From Pseudanabaena sp. (GTDB taxonomy: Bacteria > Cyanobacteriota > Cyanobacteriia > Pseudanabaenales > Pseudanabaenaceae): a DNA stretch of 64,000 nucleotides. Every line of letters starts with the position of its first letter. Positions within the stretch are counted from its first letter, which is position 1. Shown piece by piece: positions 57,165 to 64,000 of this stretch. The notes below the pieces were generated by a model. It was given only the letters and a program-made list of their open reading frames with translations. It ran no database searches and had not been told where the DNA came from. Location: assembly GCA_003249015.1 (NCBI GenBank), contig QBLS01000017.1, positions 12,951 through 76,950 of the forward strand, read 5' to 3'. Made by a program: the position numbers and the translations under genes.

Positions 57165-58697
57165 ATGGGATTACCCTGGTATCGAGTGCATACAGTTCTT
57201 CTCAATGACCCAGGAAGACTGATCGCCACGCACCTGATGCACACCTCTCTCGTAGCAGGTTGGGCAGGCTCGATGGCATTATACGAATTAGCAATTTTTG
57301 ACCCCACTGACCCCGTACTTAACCCCATGTGGCGGCAAGGTATGTTCGTCATGCCCTTCATGACCCGTTTAGGGATCACCAACTCGTGGAGCGGCTGGAC
57401 AATCACTGGCGAACAGGTCACTGACCCCGGATTTTGGTCTTTTGAAGGTGTGGCTCTTGCTCACATCGTACTTTCAGGTTTACTTTTCCTTGCAGCAATT
57501 TGGCATTGGGTAAACTGGGATCTCGAACTATTTAGAGACCCACGCACAGGGGAACCAGCCTTAGACTTGCCTAAGATGTTTGGTATTCACTTGTTTTTGT
57601 CTGGTTTACTTTGTTTTGGATTCGGTGCATTTCACCAAACAGGCTTATTTGGTCCTGGGATGTGGGTATCCGATGCCTATGGATTGACTGGTCACGTTGC
57701 TCCTGTAGCACCTGAATGGGGTCCGAATGGATTTAACCCCTTCAACGCGGGTGGTATTGTAGCTCACCACATCGCCGCAGGTATTGTGGGCATCATCGCT
57801 GGTCTATTTCACTTGACCGTGCGTCCGCCAGAGCGCCTGTACAAAGCATTGCGTATGGGTAATATCGAAACCGTACTTTCTAGCAGTATTGCTGCTGTTT
57901 TCTTTGCTGCCTTTGTGGTCGCAGGAACTATGTGGTACGGTTCCGCAGCTACGCCAATCGAATTGTTTGGACCTACTCGCTATCAGTGGGACAGCAGCTC
58001 TTTCCAACAAGAAATTTCTCGTCGTGTCCAAACTGGGCTTAATGCTGGTTTGACCTCTGAGGAAGCTTGGTCGAAGATTCCTGACAAGCTTGCTTTCTAT
58101 GACTATGTTGGTAACAGTCCAGCTAAAGGTGGTCTGTTCCGTGTTGGTCCAATGAACAATGGTGATGGTATTGCCCAAGGTTGGCAAGGACACCCCATCT
58201 TCAAGGATAGTGAAGGTCGTGAATTGAGCGTTCGCCGCTTGCCTAACTTCTTTGAAACATTCCCTGTAGTTCTCCAAGACCAAGATGGTATCGTTCGCGC
58301 TGACATTCCTTTCCGTCGTGCTGAATCGAAGTACAGTGTTGAGCAAACTGGTGTAACTGTCTCCTTTGTGGGCGGTGCTTTGAACGGTAAGACCTTCACT
58401 GATGCTCCTAATGTCAAGAAATACGCTCGTCAAGCTCAACTAGGCGAAATCTTTGAATTTGATCAAGAAACCAATAAATCTGACGGTGTATTCCGTACTA
58501 GCCCTCGTGGTTGGTTTACCTTTGGTCATGCTGTATTCGCTTTGTTCTTCTTCTTTGGTCACATTTGGCATGGTGCGCGTACTTTATTCCGCGACGTATT
58601 TGCTGGTGTTGACCCTGAACTAAGTGAAGAGCAAGTCGAATGGGGTGCATTCCAGAAACTTGGTGACAAAACTACTCGTGTTAGAGAGGCTGCGTAA
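57165..58697 (+). CDS. psbB: Photosystem II CP47 reaction center protein
   Basis: 510 aa. Canonical PsbB ([21 protein letters not shown]...). Confidence 0.98.
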   Translation: MGLPWYRVHTVLLNDPGRLIATHLMHTSLVAGWAGSMALYELAIFDPTDPVLNPMWRQGMFVMPFMTRLGITNSWSGWTITGEQVTDPGFWSFEGVALAHIVLSGLLFLAAIWHWVNWDLELFRDPRTGEPALDLPKMFGIHLFLSGLLCFGFGAFHQTGLFGPGMWVSDAYGLTGHVAPVAPEWGPNGFNPFNAGGIVAHHIAAGIVGIIAGLFHLTVRPPERLYKALRMGNIETVLSSSIAAVFFAAFVVAGTMWYGSAATPIELFGPTRYQWDSSSFQQEISRRVQTGLNAGLTSEEAWSKIPDKLAFYDYVGNSPAKGGLFRVGPMNNGDGIAQGWQGHPIFKDSEGRELSVRRLPNFFETFPVVLQDQDGIVRADIPFRRAESKYSVEQTGVTVSFVGGALNGKTFTDAPNVKKYARQAQLGEIFEFDQETNKSDGVFRTSPRGWFTFGHAVFALFFFFGHIWHGARTLFRDVFAGVDPELSEEQVEWGAFQKLGDKTTRVREAA

Positions 58698-58700
58698 ACA

Positions 58701-58808
58701 ATGGAAGCTATTACTTATACTTTGATTTTTGCTTGTTTGATTGGCTTATTCTTCTTTGCCATTTTCTTCCGCGAACCTCCCAAAGTTATTACCAAAGATA
58801 AAAAGTAA
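58701..58808 (+). CDS. psbT: Photosystem II reaction center protein T
   Basis: 35-codon [38 protein letters not shown] starting 4 nt after the psbB stop. Canonical PsbT sequence and position. Below the ORF track's size cut-off. Confidence 0.9.
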   Translation: MEAITYTLIFACLIGLFFFAIFFREPPKVITKDKK

Positions 58809-58868
58809 TTTTTATCTAACCTGCTAAAACAGTGAGCGTGATCGCGTTCACTGTTTACAATCTACTTA

Positions 58869-58916
58869 AAGTTAAGCCAGACAATGTAAATCAATGTCTG
58901 GCTTAACTTATTTTTG
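58869..58916 (+). terminator. Intrinsic terminator of psbB-psbT
   Basis: aagttaagccagaca-atgtaaatcaa-tgtctggcttaactt followed by a-ttttt. A weaker hairpin lies at 58827-58856. Confidence 0.65.
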
Positions 58917-58923
58917 ATAAGTC

Positions 58924-58978
58924 AAAACTGAAGAAACGAGTGGTAGCGCTTCGAGCCACCACTCGTTTCTTCGGTTTT
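58924..58978. repeat. Family A core hairpin (imperfect)
   Basis: aaaactgaagaaacgagtggtagcgc-ttcg-agccaccactcgtttcttcggtttt, followed by gtgtcctaacaaaactggtgacagctata (TIR-like). Confidence 0.6.
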
Positions 58979-59036
58979 GTGTCCTAACAAAACTGGTGAC
59001 AGCTATAATTTACGCTTCAGCTAAAAACAAATATTG

Positions 59037-60770
59037 ATGAATAAGTCACCCCAAATTACATACCGATTAAGTATTCCAGAACCAGAAAATCATCTGCTAG
59101 AGGTGGAACTAGCGATCGCTAATTGGCAAGGTAATAGCCTCGACTTAAAGCTACCAGTCTGGACACCAGGATCTTATTTAGTAAGGGAATACGCCAAAAA
59201 CATACAGGAATTTACGGCTGTTGATGGTTTAGAGAATTTATTGAAATGGCAAAAAGTTAGTAAAAATCACTGGCAAATTGAATGTCCAGACAACTCAACT
59301 ATCCTGACTATTCGTTATCGGATTTTTGGTAATGAGTTAACCGTGCGAACTAACCATATTGATAGTACCCATGCTTTTTTAACGGGGGCAGCTGTATTTA
59401 TGGATATTGTGCCGCGATCGCCAATGCAGCCCTACACAGTTGAAGTTGTTAATCTCAAGGAAAACTGGCGAGTTGCCACAGCATTACCAGCAGTGCCAAA
59501 TTGTTTTAACACTTTTTATGCCAAGGACTTTGACACCTTAATTGATAGTCCCTTAGAAATCGGACTGCAAGAACGCTATGAATTTGAGGTGCTAGATAAA
59601 CAGCATCGCCTAATTGTGTGGGGAAAACACAATGGGGATATGGAACGGGTGGTTAAAGATACGGCGGCGATCGTGGCGGTGGAATCAGAAATGTTTGGAG
59701 GACTGCCCTACGATCGCTATGACTTTATCCTCCATGCTGGTAATGGATATGGCGGATTAGAGCATAAGGACTGCACGGTACTCCTTTACAATCGCCTTGG
59801 CTTTAGGAAAGAAGAGAGCTACTTACAGTTTATGAACCTAGTCGCCCATGAATTCTTTCATACTTGGAATGTGAAGCGGATTCGCCCCAAAGCACTGGAA
59901 AAATTTGACTACGATCAAGAAAATTACACAGGGTCGCTATGGTTTAGCGAAGGCACGACAAGCTACTACGATCAACTTTTTCCGCTTCGGGCAAAACTAT
60001 ATGATGCCAAGCATTATCTGAAGCTGGTTAGTAAGGGCATCACCCGACTACAAACCACCTTTGGGCGCAATGTGCAGTCTCTGTACGAGTCCAGTTTTGA
60101 TACATGGATCAAGCTCTATCGCCCTGATGCCAATACCCACAACAGCCAGATTTCTTACTATCTCAAAGGCGAAATGGTGTCTATGCTGTTGGACTTACTA
60201 ATTCGGTATAAAACTAATAACCTGCGATCGCTGGATCGGGTCATGCAGATTATGTGGGAGCGTTTTGGCAAAGATGAAGTTGGCTTTGAAGAAGCGGAAC
60301 TACATCAAGTTATCGAGGAGGTGGCAGGTACAGATCTAACTGACTTCTGGAAAGACTATCTCTACGGCACTAAGGAGCTAGATTACAACTATTATTTGGA
60401 GCCGTTCGGTTTGGAGTTACGCAGTGGTCGCCAAGATTTTCCCTATACGGGGCTGACTCTCAAAGCTAAGTCGGCGATCGCAGAAATTGAAAAGGTGGAA
60501 GTTGGTTCCCCTGCCCAAAAAGCTGGGATTAGTGCAGGTGACTCGTTGCTAGCTATTAACGAGATCCGCGTTACGACAGAGACTTTCCATGAGAGGCTGC
60601 GAGACTTTGCCGCACAGGAAGAAATTACTGTCACTATTTTTCAGCAAGATCTATTGAAAACGCTCAAAGTAACTTTGCAAGAACCAATCATTAGCCATTT
60701 TGAGCTAGTCCAAATGGCTAACGCCTCACCAAATCAAGAGTTAAATCTGCAAATGTGGCTAAATGTCTGA
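59037..60770 (+). CDS. M61 family metallopeptidase (glycyl aminopeptidase-like) with a C-terminal PDZ domain
   Basis: HEFFHTWN zinc motif. PDZ-like segment GSPAQKAGISAGDSLLAINE. Confidence 0.85.
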   Translation: MNKSPQITYRLSIPEPENHLLEVELAIANWQGNSLDLKLPVWTPGSYLVREYAKNIQEFTAVDGLENLLKWQKVSKNHWQIECPDNSTILTIRYRIFGNELTVRTNHIDSTHAFLTGAAVFMDIVPRSPMQPYTVEVVNLKENWRVATALPAVPNCFNTFYAKDFDTLIDSPLEIGLQERYEFEVLDKQHRLIVWGKHNGDMERVVKDTAAIVAVESEMFGGLPYDRYDFILHAGNGYGGLEHKDCTVLLYNRLGFRKEESYLQFMNLVAHEFFHTWNVKRIRPKALEKFDYDQENYTGSLWFSEGTTSYYDQLFPLRAKLYDAKHYLKLVSKGITRLQTTFGRNVQSLYESSFDTWIKLYRPDANTHNSQISYYLKGEMVSMLLDLLIRYKTNNLRSLDRVMQIMWERFGKDEVGFEEAELHQVIEEVAGTDLTDFWKDYLYGTKELDYNYYLEPFGLELRSGRQDFPYTGLTLKAKSAIAEIEKVEVGSPAQKAGISAGDSLLAINEIRVTTETFHERLRDFAAQEEITVTIFQQDLLKTLKVTLQEPIISHFELVQMANASPNQELNLQMWLNV

Positions 60771-60786
60771 GTTTAGTAATGCCTTT

Positions 60787-60843
60787 CAAAGCCAAGAGTT
60801 AGCGATGCGGTGCTAAGCGCCTCATCGCTAACTCTTGGCTTTG
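60787..60843. repeat. 57-bp hairpin (21-bp perfect stem)
   Basis: caaagccaagagttagcgatg-N15-catcgctaactcttggctttg. Confidence 0.7.
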
Positions 60844-60873
60844 GAATATCTTGTCGCACAGCGCTTTGCGCTG

Positions 60874-60926
60874 CCTCAGGAACCAAAAGAGAGATTGCGT
60901 CGCAATCTCTCTTTTGGTTCCTGAGG
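60874..60926. repeat. 53-bp near-loopless hairpin (26-bp perfect stem)
   Basis: cctcaggaaccaaaagagagattgcg-t-cgcaatctctcttttggttcctgagg. Confidence 0.7.
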
Positions 60927-61017
60927 CTCAGCCGTTGCGATATAATCTTAATTAAAGAATTTTATGGGAATACCTCCGTTGTAAGGACGGACACATCACA
61001 CAAAGGACATCACAATT

Positions 61018-62340
61018 ATGGGAATGACACTCACCGAAAAGATTTTGGCAAAAGCGTCAGGCAAAACACAAGTTAGCCCTGGCGAAAACATCTGGGTGAA
61101 TGCTGACCTGCTAATGACCCATGATGTCTGTGGTCCGGGGACTATTGGTGTGTTTAAGCGTGAGTTTGGTGAAGATGCCAAGGTTTGGGATAAAGAAAAA
61201 TTAGTGTTGATCCCTGATCACTATATTTTCACTAAAGATGCCCGAGCTAATCGAAACATTGATATCTTGAGAGAGTTTGCCAAAGAACAGGAAATTAAGT
61301 ACTTCTACGACATTACCGATCTTTCTGACTTCAAGGCAAACCCTGACTATAAAGGTGTCTGTCATATCGCCCTCGCTCAAGAAGGGCATACTCGCCCTGG
61401 GGAAGTACTTTTTGGGACTGACTCCCATACTTGTAACGCGGGAGCCTTTGGTCAGTTTGCCACTGGCATTGGCAATACGGATGCAGCTTTTGTGTTGGGT
61501 ACTGGCAAGCTCCTTGTCAAGGTTCCTGCCACGATGCGCTTTGTCTTTGATGGCGAAATGCCTCCTTATTTATTAGCTAAGGACTTGATTTTGCAGGTAA
61601 TTGGCGATATCAGCGTCAGTGGTGCAAACTATCGAGCTTTGCAGATTGAGGGTGAAGCGATCGCCAAAATGACTATGGAAGAGCGGATGACTATCTGCAA
61701 TATGGCGATCGAAGCTGGTGGCAAAAACGCTGTAATTGCCCCTGACCAGACTACTTTTGACTATGTGCGATCGCGCACTGATAAGCCCTTTGAATCGCTC
61801 TATGCCGATGCCGATGCTGACTATTACTACGTCAAGCATTATGACGTTTCTAAACTAGAGCCTGTTGTGGCTAAGCCCCACTCACCTGACAACCGCGCTC
61901 TTGTCCGTGAAGTGCAAGATGTCAAGATTGATCGCGTGTATATCGGTTCCTGCACTGGTGGCAAAACTGAAGACTTTTATCACGCCGCCAAATTGCTCAA
62001 AGGTCAACAAGTAAAAGTTCCCACTTATCTTGTCCCTGCCACCCAAAAAGTTTACAACGATCTATTTAACTTGAAAATTGATGGATTGACACTTTCAGAA
62101 ATTTTCCTCCAAGCTGGATGCATTGAGCCAGCTTCTCCCTCCTGCGCGGGTTGCTTGGGAGGGCCACAGGATACCTTTGGTCGGGTAAATGAAGCTGAAG
62201 TATGTGTTTCTACCACCAATCGAAATTTCCCAGGACGCATGGGAAATAAGCAAGCCCAAATTTACTTGGCTTCTCCCTACACTGCGGCTGCTTCGGCTTT
62301 GACAGGGCATATTACCGATCCCCGTGATTTCATGGCGTAG
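61018..62340 (+). CDS. Aconitase-family dehydratase large subunit, type 2 (archaeal LeuC/HacA-like 3-isopropylmalate or homoaconitate dehydratase)
   Basis: 440 aa. The N-terminus MTLTEKILAKASGK..VSPGE....D..M.HD..GP is characteristic of the short type-2 large subunits. Fe-S cysteines lie in GSCTGG and CAGCLGG. Confidence 0.82.
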   Translation: MGMTLTEKILAKASGKTQVSPGENIWVNADLLMTHDVCGPGTIGVFKREFGEDAKVWDKEKLVLIPDHYIFTKDARANRNIDILREFAKEQEIKYFYDITDLSDFKANPDYKGVCHIALAQEGHTRPGEVLFGTDSHTCNAGAFGQFATGIGNTDAAFVLGTGKLLVKVPATMRFVFDGEMPPYLLAKDLILQVIGDISVSGANYRALQIEGEAIAKMTMEERMTICNMAIEAGGKNAVIAPDQTTFDYVRSRTDKPFESLYADADADYYYVKHYDVSKLEPVVAKPHSPDNRALVREVQDVKIDRVYIGSCTGGKTEDFYHAAKLLKGQQVKVPTYLVPATQKVYNDLFNLKIDGLTLSEIFLQAGCIEPASPSCAGCLGGPQDTFGRVNEAEVCVSTTNRNFPGRMGNKQAQIYLASPYTAAASALTGHITDPRDFMA

Positions 62341-62386
62341 TGCAGGGTATTTTTGAAGCCTTTCTAAACACAAACTCAGAAATTTT

Positions 62387-62417
62387 TTTTAGGGTGCGGC
62401 TTCGCCGCGCTCTAAAA
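62387..62417 (+). terminator. Imperfect hairpin after the LeuC-like gene
   Basis: ttttagggtgcggc-ttcg-ccgcgctctaaaa, preceded by T8. Confidence 0.4.
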
Positions 62418-62461
62418 GTTTGTTCGTTCTACTTTGAGCATCAGTGTGCTGTGATCTGAAT

Positions 62462-63103
62462 ATGAATAGTTTGCTTAAAAAAGTTGTTGAATGTTATAGC
62501 AATCAAGAAGGATATGAAGTTATTTACCAGCCACAACAGCTACCATTTGCTATCGAAGGATATCGCCCAGACTTGCTAGTGAAAATATCAGAAACGCAAG
62601 GATTGATCATTGAACTTAAGCCCCTTGCCATGGATTTGGATGTTTCTTACTATCGTGACATTTCTAAGATTGTCGCTAGGGAGGGAAATTGGCGATTTTT
62701 ATTAATTACTGATGAGGATGCTACCCCGATCGCTGAGGAAGATATTGCTGATCAAAAATTAACGCGATCGCAAATCTTGGAGCGCAAAGAGAAGATTGCA
62801 AAGTTGATTTCCATTGGTGAACATGAGGCGGCTTTTCTGTCTCTTTGGATTTTTGCTGAAGTATTAATGCGAAGGCGAGCTAGACAATCTTTCTTACCAA
62901 TAGATCGTTTGCCAACTAAGTTAATGATCCATCACTTGCACGATCAAGCCGAACTGTCTTCCGAGCAGTTTGCAAGGGCGATCGCCTTAAATGAAACTAG
63001 AGATCGCGTTGCCCATGGATTCCCTGTCGATTCGCTTAACCTTAAGAATGACCTCGAACGGATTTTAAATCTAGTCGATGAATTTATTGCTATGCAAACA
63101 TGA
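62462..63103 (+). CDS. Hypothetical protein: N-terminal PD-(D/E)xK nuclease-like motif plus a C-terminal HEPN-like Rx4H motif
   Basis: About 213 aa from the ATG at 62462; the track has a GTG at 62444. YRPDLLV...GLIIELKP fits D...ExK. The C-terminal helical region carries NETRDRVAHG, which fits R-x4-H. The function is inferred from motifs only. Confidence 0.45.
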   Translation: MNSLLKKVVECYSNQEGYEVIYQPQQLPFAIEGYRPDLLVKISETQGLIIELKPLAMDLDVSYYRDISKIVAREGNWRFLLITDEDATPIAEEDIADQKLTRSQILERKEKIAKLISIGEHEAAFLSLWIFAEVLMRRRARQSFLPIDRLPTKLMIHHLHDQAELSSEQFARAIALNETRDRVAHGFPVDSLNLKNDLERILNLVDEFIAMQT

Positions 63104-63132
63104 AAAAAGCGGCGCTTCGCGCCGCTTTTTTT
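63103..63132. terminator. Bidirectional intrinsic terminator between convergent genes
   Basis: aaaaaa-gcggcgc-ttc-gcgccgc-ttttttt gives a GC stem flanked by an A6 and a T7 run. Confidence 0.7.
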
Positions 63133-63140
63133 GTTAGCTA

Positions 63141-64000
63141 CTAAGCGTTAGCTAGCCCCTGTTGTCGTGCTACCGCATGGACAGCCGCCGCTACCGCATG
63201 GGAAACGCGGGGATCAAATACCGAGGGAATAATAAAATCAGGAGCAAGGTCGCTGCTGCTGACTAGGGAAGCGATCGCTTGGGCGGCTCCAAGATTCATT
63301 TGCGTGGTGATTTTGGTAACTCTGGCGTCCAGCGCACCCCGAAAAATTCCAGGGAAGGCAAGTACATTATTAATTTGGTTAGCGTAGTCACTGCGCCCTG
63401 TGGCAATAACTGCCACATCATTTTCCACCAGTTCAGGCTGAATCTCAGGATTAGGATTTGCCATCGCAAAGACAATTGGTGCAGGAGCCATACTTCTGAC
63501 CATTTCAGGGGTCAGTGCCCCCTTAACACTCAAACCGATAAACATATCGGCTCCCTTGATCACTTCCGCTAGAGAACCAGTGCGATCGCTAGCAAATTCT
63601 AGTTTTTCAGGAGTGAGGTCAGGACGATCCTTGCTAATGCAGCCACGAGAGTCACACATTTCAATGCGCTTAACTCCTGCTTCTCGCAACAGCCTTGCCA
63701 CGGCAATGCCTGAAGCGCCAGCGCCATTCATCACAATTCGCACTTCATCAATGGGTTTGCTGACGACTTTGAGGGCGTTTAGGGTCGCCGCCACTACCAC
63801 AACTGCCGTACCATGCTGATCATCATGATAGACAGGAATATCTAGTTCTTCTTTGAGTCTTCTTTCAATTTCAAAGCAACGGGGAGCGCTAATGTCTTCG
63901 AGATTTACGCCGCCAAATGAAGGTGAAATACGTTTGACAGTTTCGACGATTTCATCAACATCCTTAGTATTTAAACAAATCGGGAAAGCATCCAGTCCCG
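63141..64000 (-). CDS. NAD(P)-dependent malic enzyme (3-prime part; the CDS continues past the window end)
   Basis: The frame stays open upstream of the track's internal start. Translation ..PICLNTKDVDEIVETVKRISPSFGGVNLEDISAPRCFEIERRLKEELDIPVYHDDQHGTAVVVVAATLNALK.. shows malic enzyme motifs, and GAGASG is the NAD(P) site. Confidence 0.9.
   Translation of the reverse strand, partial: GLDAFPICLNTKDVDEIVETVKRISPSFGGVNLEDISAPRCFEIERRLKEELDIPVYHDDQHGTAVVVVAATLNALKVVSKPIDEVRIVMNGAGASGIAVARLLREAGVKRIEMCDSRGCISKDRPDLTPEKLEFASDRTGSLAEVIKGADMFIGLSVKGALTPEMVRSMAPAPIVFAMANPNPEIQPELVENDVAVIATGRSDYANQINNVLAFPGIFRGALDARVTKITTQMNLGAAQAIASLVSSSDLAPDFIIPSVFDPRVSHAVAAAVHAVARQQGLANA

Noticed and set aside
57804-58439. 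211-aa and 104-aa minus-strand ORFs inside psbB
   Set aside because: Antisense to canonical psbB, with no recognisable motifs. Long antisense frames are expected by chance in codon-biased genes.
60810-61076. 88-aa ORF between the M61 peptidase and the LeuC-like gene
   Set aside because: It is composed almost entirely of three hairpin repeats read through in one frame, and it overlaps the LeuC-like start.

Overview
This 64-kb window is cyanobacterial chromosome. The evidence is a high density of the HIP1 octamer GCGATCGC plus psbB-psbT, chlG, urtABCDE, a Ser49-type glnB, and groES-groEL with a perfect CIRCE operator. I did not attempt a genus call. About 50 protein genes are supportable, most of them housekeeping: leuS, mfd, groESL, chlG, the urea ABC transporter, cobN, rpsJ, nadD, coaX, sat, a P-type ATPase, glnB, psbB/psbT, a type-2 LeuC and a partial malic enzyme. 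I found no rRNA, tRNA, CRISPR array, intact transposase, integrase or prophage.

Three things stand out.

1. A small accessory islet at about 13.8-16.9 kb. It holds a decayed Uma2 nuclease fragment, a DUF433/DUF5615 toxin-antitoxin-like pair, and an ABC-type ATPase + HNH nuclease cassette resembling Septu PtuA/PtuB. The islet is AT-richer and HIP1-poor, and it sits directly upstream of chlG.

2. A very dense population of at least six families of small palindromic, MITE-like repeats. They fill almost every intergenic gap, nest inside each other, often sit where terminators would, and in two places are inserted in frame inside cobN.

3. Several single genes with unusual motif content:
- A PD-(D/E)xK + HEPN-like fusion ORF (62462-63103).
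- A P-loop ATPase homolog with both Walker motifs degenerate (47965-49083).
- A Nudix protein with a degenerate Nudix box, overlapping nadD (NrtR-like).
- An archaeal-type LeuC with no LeuD partner nearby.
- A stand-alone rpsJ.

Nothing here can be shown from sequence alone to be a new system. The best candidates for follow-up are the islet and the PD-(D/E)xK/HEPN ORF. All functional calls rest on motif and family recognition by eye; no database search was run.
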